Origin: Chrysomallon squamiferum
Lineage: Eukaryota > Animalia > Mollusca
Assembly (NCBI GenBank): GCA_012295275.1
Contig: CM022671.1
Location: 8,122,001-8,186,000 of the forward strand
Direction: 5' to 3'
DNA: 64,000 nt
Below are positions 1-13,498 of the stretch, one piece after another (position 1 is the first letter of the stretch; the number at the start of each line of letters is the position of its first letter). Below the pieces are notes generated by a model, which did no database searches, was not told the origin of the DNA, and saw only the letters and a program-made list of their open reading frames with translations. A program made the position numbers and the translations under genes.

Positions 1-264
1 ATAAAATAAAAGATGTAAAAAAAAAGGAAAATAAATAAATAACAATAAGATTAAAAATAATAATAAATAAAATAAATAGTATCATTATTATTATTATTAC
101 TGAAACTTAGAACTTCTGTAGTAGGAAGTAAAGTAAAAAGCAATATAAAGTATGTTTAAGTATGTTACAAAGAGAGAGAGTGAGATGACTTATGAATACT
201 GACAAGTGTAATTTCTAACATATCTTTTTCTTGTTTTTAATTAACTATGCAGTGCTATACTTAC

Positions 265-327
265 ACTTTGAAGTTCATTGAGCACTTTTAACATATCTTC
301 ATGTGATTCGGCACCAATATCACGACA
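265..327 (-). CDS. SRGAP1: srGAP family 63-nt internal coding exon, F-BAR domain
   Basis: Not in the ORF track. Acceptor is ttttgctttcag|TGT (AG at 329-328) and donor is AGT|gtaagt (GT at 264-263). Phase 0-0. Encodes CRDIGAESHEDMLKVLNELQS, matching recalled srGAP SKEIAFQLHEDLMKVLNELYT. The gene continues beyond position 1. Confidence 0.93.
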
Positions 328-1741
328 CTGAAAGCAAAAACAAAACATTCAGTAATATTGTAAACGAAATAACACATAAAGAAGAAGATTCCTACAAAAT
401 GTTAGTCTAATAAATACTGGACTCATCAAAATCTTGTATAAAACAATATTAAATAAATCTGGAATAAAATATAGCAGTAATAATAAAACAATTTGCTTGA
501 TTTACTAATTCCATCAGTTTAATTTTATCTCTTAAGCACTGAGTGTTACAAATATTTTATTCAGTTTCTGAACAATAAAATGTTTATAAAACCCAATAAC
601 AGATGAATCTAATTCATTTTCATTTTGTTTAACAGAACACAGAGAGTAAAAATGAACATGTATTTCCTGTACTGCTGTTTTAGTTTATTTATTTTAATGA
701 ATTTATTTATTATGAACTTACTTATTTAATTATTAACCAGATGTAACTGAAAACTTAAATTGTAACAGATGCTGTATCTAACTGTGGTAATCCATAAAAT
801 AAGTGATACAAAATTATGTTAAATGTAATTACACATTGCCAAAAATCTTGACAGTCAGTTAGAACCATTTTTCATAAACATTTTGCACTTGAGACAGTGA
901 TAATAAGCTGAATTAAGTTCATGTTCGTTTGTGATTATTTCCTAGAGAAAATATAATCAATGGCTCTTTCTCATAATTGTTAATTTTACTCATGGGACAC
1001 ACGACTTGAATGTGCCAGACAATGTCTCCACACAAGTTGTCAACAGCTGCTGGACGGAACACAACAGGAAACCTGTTCCATAACCATTTGTTTGAGAAAG
1101 TCAAACACCTAATGTGCATTACTTTTCATGATGTCATGTTTATGAATTATAATCAATAAAAATGTTTTCTTTCTTCCAGAACAGTAGGAAAAAAGGAAAA
1201 AAAAAAAAAAAGAAAGAAAGAAAGGAAAAGTATGTCTCAGTTCATCAGAAAAGAAGGTAGAAATAGGAGAAAAAAAAAGGAAAAGAAAATTTCTGTTCAG
1301 ACAGCACATGTTACATGTTGTAAAACTCTGAACTTTGTGACTTATTTTCCATTCAGTGACTGAAGTTGTCTAGAACTTGTACAGATTTTAATAATACCAC
1401 TGAATTATTTTTCTCTCTCTGTGTGTCATTCCCCTAAGATTCCCATCTTCTTTTTGTACACATACACAAACAGTGATTATACAATTGATTTCTTACATCT
1501 GATCTATAACCAGCTTGACTGAACTTTTTGTCTAACATTTATGCTTAAACTGAAGAGAATTTAAACTTTATTTATTTGGTTTTTGTTTGCTTTTTGTTGT
1601 TATTTTAACCTGATCAGTAGTTTTATATTATTTCTAAATTACTAGCTCAAAACATATCCAAATCTTTTTTTTTTTTTCAATGTACCAGCTGACAAAAAAT
1701 CACATATAAAAAGAAAATAAATATAAAATATTTAATAATAT

Positions 1742-1772
<31 letters not shown>

Positions 1773-1850
1773 AAATAATAATAAAAATAATAACAATAAT
1801 AACAATAATACTGATACTAATAATAATAATAATAAAATACTAATACTAAA
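1742..1850. repeat. Imperfect (AAT)n microsatellite
   Basis: Directly visible AAT/AAC/ACT triplet array. Confidence 0.85.
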
Positions 1851-2120
1851 ACTACCTCTAAAATATTTTTTTAAAAATCAAGTGAAAGAACCCATGATCT
1901 CGTACACCTCACCTAGATTCTCTACAATGAATTCAATACATCATCATTACACTACTCAGATATGCACAGTCATCTGATAGCAACCTGATAGTCAACAGAT
2001 AGTGTTTGTCTGGTATCAATGATCTTACGTAACAACACATTCAGTGCTTGGACACTCCAATTGTGTTGTTTAATCATTAGAAAACATTAACATTTACTCA
2101 GTTATAAATATTTAAGTATT

Positions 2121-2153
2121 TAATAATAATAATAATAATCATAATAATAATAA

Positions 2154-2184
<31 letters not shown>

Positions 2185-2192
2185 AAGAAGAA
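2121..2192. repeat. Compound microsatellite (AAT)n-(AAG)n
   Basis: An AAT run switches to a pure AAG run at ~2155. Confidence 0.95.
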
Positions 2193-2295
2193 TTGTATTT
2201 TTATTATATAATATTCTCAGCTAATATTTGAAATTTTATGATTAATTTGTATTATAATTATTATCAAGATGCTGATAATTACTGTTGTTTTTATA

Positions 2296-2347
2296 ATTAT
2301 TATTATTATTATTTTTATTATTATTGTTATTATTATTATTATTATTA
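2296..2347. repeat. Imperfect (ATT)n microsatellite
   Basis: Directly visible. Confidence 0.85.
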
Positions 2348-2469
2348 AGAATCTCTAAAGCATTATTAAAGATACAGCTATTATTATTCAGAAAAAGTTC
2401 TCGTTCTAGCTGCAGTTCAACATGATCACGCTGTTCTTACTACTTTATGTTAACATCAGTTTTAATCAC

Positions 2470-2638
2470 CTTCTTGAACATTCTCTGAGAGTTGTCTATG
2501 GTCTCAGACAGTCTCTGCACCATTGTGTTTGCGTAGATCTCGCTGATAGTGGAGTGATCCTGGCTCTGTTTGCGTGTAATTCCAAGTAAATGTTTCCAAC
2601 ATGCGAATGTGGAAAATGTTGCCCACTGCTCTTGGCGT
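2470..2638 (-). CDS. SRGAP1: srGAP family internal coding exon, F-BAR domain
   Basis: Not in the ORF track. Acceptor is ttttgcag|A (AG at 2640-2639) and donor is AAG|gtgatt (GT at 2469-2468). 169 nt, phase 2 to 0, in frame with the previous exon. Encodes RQEQWATFSTFACWKHLLGITRKQSQDHSTISEIYANTMVQRLSETIDNSQRMFKK, matching the recalled srGAP segment ..CWYLLLNQVRRESKDHATLSDIY.NN...RF..ISEDSTRMFKK. Confidence 0.95.
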
Positions 2639-3287
2639 CTGCAAAATAACCAAAAGAAAAATCATTAAAAAAAATGTCTGTCCATTATAACACTAATCTA
2701 TTAGTGTTTACCATTATCTCCAGTCCATTTCTTCAAATATTCTTTAAAATCCATATATGATAAATATGTCACAATGTAAAGTTATTGGTAAATCATGGTA
2801 AATATTTGTAGACAAAACAAGCTGTAATGAATTGATTTATTTTAATCAATTTTAAACACACAAACAGCTCATAGTCAAAATGATCTTGAACATGTTTATT
2901 CCTTTAATAGATTCTTAAATACATTTTATAATCTCTTGAAAAGTTATGTGACATAAGTATGTAAATTTATTGGTGAAATATTTGTAGAACAAACAAGCTA
3001 TGAAGAAGTGATAGGTTTTAATTAAATTAAACAAACTCATGAAATAAATTCACCTGAAAATGTCTGGATAAAAGGTCAAATATTTACTAAGCAAATAAAC
3101 TAACATGATTCTAAATTACATCATACTCTAAATAATCAATTGTAATATTTGGAATAGATTCCACAGAATGAAACATTACCAGACTTTTTTTTATAAAAAA
3201 TTACTAATTTTACTTTTTTTTTCTTCACATTTGTGAAATATAAATAAAAGCTAAGACCAATATAAACCATTTTGTAAAATAACTTAC
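2639..3287 (-). other. srGAP intron, phase 2, GT-AG, 649 nt
   Basis: Bounded by the donor and acceptor of the flanking exons. Confidence 0.92.
2741..3107 (+). repeat. Two degenerate tandem copies of a dispersed repeat whose third copy is at ~10090-10323
   Basis: Shared blocks with the 10.1-10.3 kb copy: catatat(g/c)ataaatatg(t/a)cacaatgtaaa, gtagacaaaa(c/t)aagct and atatttactaa..aaactaacat. Confidence 0.75.
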
Positions 3288-3471
3288 GTTTGTTTTTCAG
3301 CTCTATGGCGGGAGATCATCTGTTTTACAAGTTTGTCGAGGTTTTTCGAGTATTCCAGTTCCACCTCGGCTCTCCTTTTGAAAAACTCCTGCAACTCGGC
3401 CACAATTGCCACCTGAATTTCCAGTTTGTTGTCCAAGCATTTTAACTGGTCTGCAAGCTGAGCTCGGATAT
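3288..3471 (-). CDS. SRGAP1: srGAP family (SLIT-ROBO Rho GTPase-activating protein) internal coding exon, start of F-BAR/FCH domain
   Basis: Translation (D)IRAQLADQLKCLDNKLEIQVAIVAELQEFFKRRAEVELEYSKNLDKLVKQMISRHRAEKQ(T) closely resembles the recalled N-terminus of vertebrate srGAPs (EIRAQLVEQ.KCL...LQDFFRKKAEIE.EYSRNLEKL). Acceptor is gtgtttcag|AT (AG at 3473-3472) and donor is AC|gtaagt (GT at 3287-3286). 184 nt, phase 1 to phase 2. The symbol denotes the family, not strict one-to-one orthology. Confidence 0.95.
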
Positions 3472-5121
3472 CTGAAACACACAAGTAAAACACCTGGTTA
3501 ATTAGGTAAAACTGAGGTATATCAGAGTGTTAAATATACACAGTAGTTTTAAAGTTATAATTTATCATTGGCACACTGAACAACAAACTCATGAGATATG
3601 TCCTGTTCCAACTGATGCTCCATGATTTATTTATCAAAAGGATTGGTGTTTTCTGCTGTCTTATGCAAATATGGATATAACTGATTTTTTGCTGTTCTTT
3701 AATATAAAAGGAAGCATGAGGAATGCTTGTGTATATTTCATTTGTTTCTTAACATCATTGAACAAACATTTATATATTTATTTATAATAATATTGTTCTT
3801 ACAATTATCTGTAAGAAAATGAACATGAATATGAAGTGTATGATTATTATAATTTGGTAATAATAATAAACCAGTTCCATACATTTGTCATTATTCTTGT
3901 AAAGCCAGAATTAACTGAACATATCAAAGTGCACTACTTCAGAATAATACAGAAGTTCATATTACCCATACGTGTGTAAAATAAAATTGAAAATCTGATG
4001 TTCAAAAACAAAAACATTTTCACATTAAACCATTAATAAAGACAGTATCATTTTCATATCTGTGGTTATTGTCAGATAAAAAATGAAAGTAAATTAATTT
4101 TAAGCTATTTTATGGTCAATTATTTTTAATGTGCTTAGAATAATGTTAATTTATCATTTCATTATTTTTTCCATTTTCTTCAGACAGTTTTGATAGCTCA
4201 GTTTTATTTGGTGATAGCTTAGTATTTAAATCTTATACAAGATAAGATACACTGACAGGCCATATATACATACCGGTAACTTTAGCTTTGTTTATAAAAA
4301 TAGATACATGGACATGCACACCTTTTGAGCATATTTGTGTTTACATGTGTGTGTGTGTGCTTGCATGTTGTGCTGTACCTGCATGCATGTGTGTTCTTGT
4401 GTGTGTGTCTATATATGGACAGGTTAATTACAGCTGGCTAGTCTCTGGTTTGTTTTTTCAAACTGTAGCTAGTTTATCACTATCTATTGTTGTGACACAT
4501 GGGGAGAAAGGAACCACAACTTAAAGAGTTAAAATGTGTAAAACTATAAAATTACTCAAAATAAATATACTAATAGCAGTAAACGTGTTAACAGAAAGGA
4601 AACTAAATAATCTAGTGTAGTCTCTGTGGGAGGGCTAGTTTAAATACAGCTGGCCAGCTGGCCAGTGGTCAATAACAAAAGGTCTGAAGAAGATTATTCT
4701 ATAACTGGCTTGAGAAAAACCATATGGCTGTTTACAAACTGTATCATTAAAGTGTAAAGCACTGTTTAGAATTAACTAATATTGAACTTCAAAAGTATAT
4801 CAAAAACATCTTCATTGATAATAAAACAAGTTTAACTAGCTGAAAATAAGTAACATGTTCAGGAAAAGGTAAGAAATTGTTCAGAGGTAGTGTATTATTA
4901 GCCTGAGGCATGATCAGCTGCTGGATCAATTCTTCTGAGTGCCACCCCTGTCTGTTCTCCATGATGGGTTTATTAGGACTGGTTTTTCTATAATTTTGGC
5001 TATGGAAAGTCACATACAAAATATTATTTTTCTGCTAACTGATGGTGAGGTGACTCCTAGGTTCTTCTCTCACATTAGCTTTATTATATATAACAATAAA
5101 TAAATAATAATAAAAAACAGA

Positions 5122-5153
<32 letters not shown>

Positions 5154-8100
5154 TTTTTTTATCTATTTCAGTGAGAAAAAAAAATTTAGCTATTTCTCAT
5201 GAGCCTGAAAAGAAAATATACATACATATTCATGTCTTGTGTAAACACTAGCTACTTTTTTGAATCAAAGCTCTCCTCAATTGGTTTTTTCTTGATATCT
5301 AACAAATCTATTCACACGAGGTACAACTGTGCTTTTTATGTCTCTTAACCATTATATTTAGCTTTGGGTATAAATATATACAGAATAAACAGAATTTGCA
5401 TTTTGTAAAGCAACAATTAAAAAAGAAAAGAAAAGTCCAGACTGATATATATCTGTGCATAAATGTGAAACATGCCTGAGCAGAACGAATCAGAAGCTAT
5501 CAGTGAAAGGCAGCAGTAATTTGAAAAGATGGGATGTTTCACATGTGAATGTTAGACATGTTTGAAAACAAGTTGAGAAGGTGAATCTGCCAGACAGTGA
5601 AAATTGTCAGACTGACACTGACATTTAAATGTGACAAACCCATCACTTTCCTAACATTAATCTGATACATGCTTACTGGGTAATGAAATGAATGTTTGAC
5701 TCTGAAACATATTTTAGTAATTAAGGACATTACAAGCCTGTCATATATAAATATAATACATATAATGAGAGATGAAACCAACTGTTGTCATTCTATTGCT
5801 ATTATCATTGTTTAGTAGCAATGGATTGATTTATTTCAACCTTTCCATATACAGGAAGACAGTTAGTACTTTATCAAAGCCTTTCATGAACCAAATGTAA
5901 CAATTAAAGTAATGGTTTCTTGTCATGGATAGACAGAGAAGGACAGGGCAAAATAAATAATAAATTGCAAGAACAGATAACATAATCAGAATTTTGACAA
6001 ATGGAAGGAAAGAGAAATAAAAAAAAAAATGTGTGTCACATCTGTACTTGAAAATGTATTTATCATCTAAAGCATTCTATTATGAACTGTTTATTAACTC
6101 TCTTGCATTTCATACATATTTTGTATTTTTCATAATGCACACATTTAAATGTCTTTAAAGCAAGATGTTCTGCAGTATACAGTTTCACAAGATCTCTGCA
6201 TGTGGCCAGCATCTGGTTGTGAAACAGTAGTTCCTGCTTCATCTACATCATATGAAAGTTGTTTTTTTAACAGCCCCAAAGACCTGGTGAAAAATGTGTT
6301 ATAGATATCCTTGAATTACTCTATCTCAGGTATCTTCACCTGCATGCATGTACACTGCATTCACAAAATTTTTTTTTTTAAATAATTAGTAACAGGTTTA
6401 AACTAGACATCATTTCATAATTATGTAAAAAGATCAAATTTGTTCAGATAAAAATCATATTGATACAGTTAATATACATACAGGTCAATTTATTTGTTGG
6501 TGTTGATATAACTGAAATCAAGTCACTGGAAATAAGAATATATCAATTAACATTCTCTCTCTATCATTTTCACAAAAAATGTAAACCGTACTCCATATAT
6601 TCTAATGTATGAAATCATGCAGAAATGTGGGTACTTCAATTGCTGCCAAGTCTTAAATTTTTCATTTTCTTTTCTATTTTCTGCTTCATGAAGCATTATG
6701 TTAATACATTCAAACAAATGTGTTCGTAAGTGACCATAACTGATCTAGTATGAAGACTCCTGGTGAATTAATCTCTCTAGATAATTCAGCTTAAAATATC
6801 ACAGTCTCCCATAAAACAAACACCCTGACCACAACATTGATATCCTTGACAGGAAAATCAATGGAGTCTCAAAGTTCAAATATTCCATCAATATAAAATT
6901 ACTAGAAAAATATCCTCAAGCACCACTGCAGTAGACATACACTTTTGTGTGAGGATGTTTTCCCATGTTTAAACAAAGTATACTTTAATCAAAATTAAAA
7001 TATTTTTTGAGAAATGATAAATACTGATTAAGTATTTACACACCCACAAACACATACAAAACACACACACAATAAATATTAAAAAAAACACACACACACA
7101 CACACACACACAGGCAGGCATGCATGCAGACAAACATATATCTCTATACAAAATATTTTACATCTATGATTGCTTCTACAAACAAGTGATAATCATCCTA
7201 TATTTATATAATCCTTATAACAGTAGAAAATTCTGTCTTTATAATAAAACAGGTTTGACATGTGTGTGTTTGTGCATCCACAAAAACACAGGTTTATATG
7301 TGTGTGTGTGTGTGTGTGTACTGCAGTACAGACACTTTTCACACAAGTGAATGCAGCAGTTAGACCAATCTATAGAAATAAATTGAAAAAGCAAACAAAC
7401 AGTCACAACTGTTGGCATTACTGATTAGGTTTTCGTCTGGAAAGTCAAAGATCTCTTCGATCATCTACCACAAACCCACTCACGTAGATTCTAAATGTGC
7501 CTTTAAAAAATCTATAAACAGAGGCTGTATCACTTTTTATCACAAATGGAGGGGAACAAGTATAAAAACATTAAGAAAATTAATTATGTAATAGTGTATA
7601 CTTTACTCTTTTTTTTCGTGTTTTATGTAATACATCATTTTCTTGTTTATTACACACCTAGCATAAATGACCATATACCATTTCATGCATATTTTTTTTT
7701 AAAAAGAAAAAGAAAAAAGATTTCTATGACAATAAACAGAAAGAAAGAAAAAAGCAATATAAATTTCATTCTGCAATCATTCAGTAAAAAAAGTACACAT
7801 ACATTAAACACGTAAAATTAATATTTATTTAACCAGTGAAAATTTCAAATTGTTTAAAGTTAAAAGCTGTGACATTTTATGGATAAAACAACTTTTAACA
7901 GAAAAACATAACAGGGATAAAATATCACCATGACCTTCAGAATACATATATAACAAACACTTTTTTTTTTTTTTAATTTTATAATTAGAAAAGTTATTAT
8001 TCTGCACTAATGATAAACATTCTGAAGTTTTAAATTTTCAGACATTAACTTTCTACAAACAAAAAAACACCTGCACTGTGAGCTGGGAAAAAAACAACAA

Positions 8101-8499
8101 CATATATCAAGTGGCCTGTATTATGTCATTGATTATTCATGGATGTTGCTTATTAACCATTTCACAAAGCTAGCTCTTATAATGGAACTAATATTGGGTT
8201 TGGTTAGCTTGAAGAACTGGATGTAACTCGCTTATCTAACATCTATGTGCCAGTTGGCCTCACGTTATTATCATGCAGTGCCTCGGGCTGTGATAGTTTG
8301 TAAAATCTGATTCAGTTCAGTGGAAATCAATCTCATTCTGCTATCTACAAGTACTACGTACACTGCTGTATTTTCAAAAGGAAGAGTCGTGCAGCTGTGC
8401 CAAGCTGACGTTTAACCAGCACTCTATTGATAAAACAAACAACTCCGAGTTACACAAGATCCACTTTTGTCTGGGAATTAGTCTCTCTGATTTAGACAC

Positions 8500-8502
<3 letters not shown>

Positions 8503-8572
<70 letters not shown>

Positions 8573-8622
8573 ACACACACAAGCAGACAAACACATATAT
8601 ACACACATATGCACACACACAC
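8503..8622. repeat. (CA)n microsatellite
   Basis: Pure AC run 8503-8567, degenerate to ~8622. It explains the CVCV ORF. Confidence 0.95.
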
Positions 8623-10089
8623 AAACACATTCAAGAATATTTTGGATAAAAATAAAAGTAATATCAGCCTGTGATATATCTTTATTTTTTTCATTGTGTG
8701 TGTGAATGGGTATGAACAGATATATCTGTGTGTGTATTATTCAGTACAAAACTGTATTTACTAAGACACTAAAACCAACACTACACTACTGTCATCATCT
8801 GAAAGGGAACATTTTGATGCACACAACCAGACACATTTACCTATAAGTACATTTCTTACAGCTGCCCTCCAGCTCTGTTTACTGGATTTAACTCTCACAA
8901 ATGTAACCAAATTTACTGACCACAGTTGATTCTTACAGCAAATTTAATTTCAAAACAAAACAACACGAAGAGATCAAGCAGGTGGTTTCAACTGAGGGAC
9001 TGGATGGTAGTGGGAGGAGGGGATCATTAAGATGCCACGTTCATTGTGACACAACCAATATCGAATTTTTCTCTAAGGAGACAGCAACTACATCGATGAC
9101 GTTAACCTGATTGGGATTACTCAGCTACAGCTACTGACCCAGCCTAGACATGTGACACTTCCTTGATGAGTCCAAGGAGGCTATATTTAGCAGCAGATGA
9201 GACAGGAACTGAGCTGCTAGAACATAACAAGCGAATCTCATTTACATGTTTGTTTCAGTATATTTGTTCACTGATAACATTTTGTGTTGTGTTGTATATC
9301 AGTTGAAGCTTATGTGAAGTAACAGTACATATCCACATAATAAATAAAACAGAAAACAACATATAAGTGTACTTACTACAAATAATAAGAAAATGAATTA
9401 TATAATAGTGTTTTCTTAATGAATCACCTTTTTAAATTAACTTTGTTTAAGCCTTCATCATGTCTTATATTAATTTTTGCGTTTTTTTCACACATAGCTA
9501 AAATGGCCATATTGCATTTCTGCTTGATGTAGATAAAAAACAAAAACAATAACAAAATCACAGTTCCCTCACAAAACATCAAATAAACAATAAAAGGATA
9601 TTGAAGAAATAAAAACAGTTTATAAAACTGAAAGAGTCAAAGATTCAAATTAATAAACTTCAGAAATGTAATTGTGGTGAGATACCACAGATCTAAAACA
9701 ATTGCAGTATTTTTTATTTTATCTTATCTGTATTATCACAAACAAGTGAGCCATAAAAGAAGTTCATCATAAAACAAATGTTCAGATACTTAGATATATC
9801 ATCCATTATCTGAATACATAGAGGCATGTCTACATGTGTATTTACAAGTGTAACCCTTCAACTCTCACATGTATATTATACCATATTTATATAGCACCTT
9901 TTTTACTCTAAGTAAGATAAAGGCTGCCATACAGTGTAGACTAAAATATAAAAAAATATGAACATAAACATATTAAAACAAATGTAAGCATGTAAAAATG
10001 TCACATTTCAATATTATGTAAGATAATACTCTGTATATTTACAATAGTATGCAATAGCTTGTAATCAAAAGGTTCCTAAACAGAATTCT

Positions 10090-10323
10090 TATTTCTTTAA
10101 ACAGAAATAGAGTCATTTATAACCTCTTGAAGATTCATATATCATAAATATGACACAATGTAAACATGCTGGTGGGTAACTGTAAACATTAAGTAGACAA
10201 AATAAGCTATAAAGATGTGATTTGTTTTAATCGTTACACATGAAATACTTCATGCTGCAAAAGTCCACAGAAGAATTTCTAAGATAATAACAAATGTAAA
10301 ATATTTACTAACCAAACTAACAT
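10090..10323 (+). repeat. Dispersed repeat copy homologous to 2741-3107
   Basis: Collinear shared blocks as listed for 2741-3107. Confidence 0.75.
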
Positions 10324-13300
10324 ATTTAAAGTGACTTCTACTGTTCATAACAGTAACATTTATTACGACCTGCAATTCACCCCTGCCAACCCCCAAAACA
10401 CAGCAAAATAATAAAAATAAATAATAATTATTATTATATTCAGAATCAACAAATAATAATACCAGATAAAAATGTTAAACACTTACAGACATTCCAATTT
10501 GTTTAAACAAAAATACGTGTAAATTTTAAAAAAATAGTTTTAAAAAATACAATTAAAAATATACGTATGATTAATGATAATAATATATATATATATACAT
10601 ATATACATATACCTACCAATAATGTGTGGCACTTCTGATAGGAAATCATCTACTGGTCTAGTGCAGGCTAACAAGGATGAGTACCGATTCCTGGGTGGCA
10701 TTTTATGCCAAGTGGCACAAGTAAACCCAAACAGAGTCTATGACATCATCCCAACAAACAATTTAAACAGTTTATATCTGCCATCACATTGTTATCAGTA
10801 AACATCGTGGAAATAAATACTTTTATACAGTTAACAGTGTTTCCAGAAACCCTGAAAACAGGAAAATTCCACACTTCAGTATACTTTGACAGTGTTTTCA
10901 GTAACTCTGAAAATGAGAAAAGTTCACTTATATGGGTGTTTGTTTTTTTTGAAGATGAGATAACATCAAAACTGATGATAAATAGAAGTACACACCCTCC
11001 TCGAGGTAATTATAAACAAATGTTAAAACATCTGGACTAATGAGGGTAATACTTATCTAACTATAAAATATTCAAACTCAAAGATGTCAATATACACACA
11101 ATATACACACATTATCTTATATTTTCAAAATAATTCCTATCTCTAATGCTACCATCTTTAGTCATATATCATTATAAAATAACATTATTAGATATGATGC
11201 TTGACTAAATATATTACATTCTTATACTGTTTAACTAACACAACATTAACACATTTACACTGATAACTACTATTTCCACTAAACATTACACTCTTAATAT
11301 GAAACAGCAGAGATGATCCAAAGAAAATCTATTCCTTAGGTTAAACACCAGACATCTTTACGCATCACTGAAAAACCCAATCATTGACATACCACAACAA
11401 AGAATTTAAGCCAAAATAAACAAAGCAGCCAGACGACCAAGGAAACGAACTGACTGTTTGAACCAGTGACCATCTATCTACCTGATACACACAAGAAACA
11501 CACACACACACAATATGCTGTGTCATGTATGTGACACCAACCCGCAAACCTGTAATCACAGCTGCTGTTACAAACCAATTTGACAAGACCTGCTTCACAA
11601 TACATTTCTCAACTGGTCACCAAAATTTCTCTTCCCTTACACAATCAGCTGACCAGTGGAGTATAATTGAATATCCAGCCAAACTGAGTCACAATGGCCA
11701 GTAATTGCAGCAGCTCCTTTCAGTACTGCTGCTTTTGCCAGACTGGTCAGAATGTGATGAGATTTTCTGCTGTGAAGATAGCAACTGATGTGTAACGCAA
11801 GAAGCACACAGTCTAGTGTTGAAAGTTTAAAAAAAGAGAGAAGAACTAGTAACATTTTTGAGAGAAATATCAAGTAACTTGCTATAAACACTATACGCGT
11901 CAGACTGTGATGAGCATGGTAATTAAGTTCTCATACATGAATTCTATAAATTAAATGTCTGTTTTGTCCCCACTACTGACAATAATCAAAATTTAAAAAT
12001 TAAATAATATCAGCTAATTACAACACGACAATACTCTATAACTAATCTATAATAATATATAAATCTTACTATAATAAATTAAAAATTATTAAAAAAAATA
12101 GAAAACAGTTTTATTCTTGATGTTTTGATATTAAGTTTTCTGTATTTAACTGCAGTTCTTTTGCTTTTGCTCAGGAATAAATTTTTTACAAAATTTCTAT
12201 TCTACAAATTACGCTTGAATAATCTTCTTCTGTAAAGGAGGTGGAAAGTTTGATAATTTATTTCTCATCTACAGATGGAAATGTTTAAGAAACAGCTTTC
12301 TCGCAGAACAATATTCTTCCTTTGTTCCAGACCCTTCCAATACTAACAAACCTCAGTGCTGCACTTTATTCTGAACATATGAAACAAAAAAAACAAAAAA
12401 ATAAGCTGACTAGCAGGTTCCTTTTTATAGACTTGCATATGTAATTTCACTCAGAGTTCACCAGTGTGACAAATTTAATTAATGATGATGCCTTTCCTGA
12501 TAGAAAAACAAGACAGCTGAGCTAAAGAAAACATTTAAATTACATAACATGCTAAATCAGTTATATAATTTAACACTGAAATCCTGTAGCTGGTTGTAAG
12601 TATTTTGATCATTAATTTATTGTTATTTGAACTTATAGTATGCATTCATGTTTCAGATAAAAAAAAAAATTAAAATTAAAAATTAAAAAATTAAAAAAGG
12701 AGTCAAGAACATAAAACTATACTTAAACTGGTTTAAATAATAAAAAAGAAAAAAAAAAAAAAATTAAATAAATAAATAAATAATTTCTAAAGCATTTAAA
12801 GAAATTTGTCTATGAAACTTCAAATATTATATAATGCAAAAGTCAATGACGTTGACTGCAAGAGTAACAAATTTAAATTATATATATATATAACAACAAA
12901 TTAAAAAAAAAAAAAAAAAAGAGGAAAAAGAAGAAAAAAGAAACAGATGAGATGTTAAATACTTCTGGCAAATAACTGTTTTTATCACCATTCCTGGACA
13001 CCACCAAGGTGGCAATATTTGGTTTACGGCTTATCACTGTTTACACCTTGTCTTCAGGATCACTGCTAAAAAGGATTTCTTTTTGTGGCAGCTTTGAGCA
13101 ACAAGATAAAAATGGAGATAAAACCAAAGACTGATGCTGAAATCTCCTGACAACAAAGTCTACATTATTCTCCATTTTGGAGTCACACGTTCTGAGAGGA
13201 AGGAGTGTGAAAATTGTTATCTAAAAAATATCTCAGGCTTATCTTGCATGTCAGTTTGAGAAAATAATATCCACAGGAACCCTGGGTTGCTGAAACATCA

Positions 13301-13452
13301 TTAACTAACTCTGGGTTACCACTTATCTGATACCAAAAATAATAATGACATATGTGAACATCTAAGTACATAGGAAATTTATTAGTAAAATTTGCTCACA
13401 CAAAAGTTAATTTAAGACAAAATGGTAAAGTTTTTAATTAGTATTTTTGAAA

Positions 13453-13456
<4 letters not shown>

Positions 13457-13490
<34 letters not shown>

Positions 13491-13498
13491 TGCGTGCG
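13457..13498. repeat. (TG)n microsatellite
   Basis: Directly visible. Confidence 0.9.

Larger units (their letters stand above)
328..2469 (-). other. srGAP intron, phase 0, GT-AG, 2142 nt
   Basis: Bounded by the donor and acceptor of the flanking exons. Confidence 0.9.

Noticed and set aside
919-1309. Minus-strand ORFs in the 2.1-kb intron
   Set aside because: No homology, no good in-frame splice pair, and partly poly-T derived.
2248-2469. In-frame continuation past the 2470 donor (VIKTDVNIK**EQRDHVELQLERELFLNNN...)
   Set aside because: Two tandem stops follow nine codons, the implied mini-intron would be under 40 nt, and the long open stretch is due to the AAT repeat.
3472-3493. ORF-track start MFYLCVS of ORF 3284-3493
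   Set aside because: It is the intron's pyrimidine tract read through, with a GTG start. The real exon begins after the AG at 3473-3472.
8272-8300. TATCACAGCC (miR-2 family 5' end) on the minus strand
   Set aside because: The match stops after about 10 nt and no complementary 5p arm or hairpin is present.
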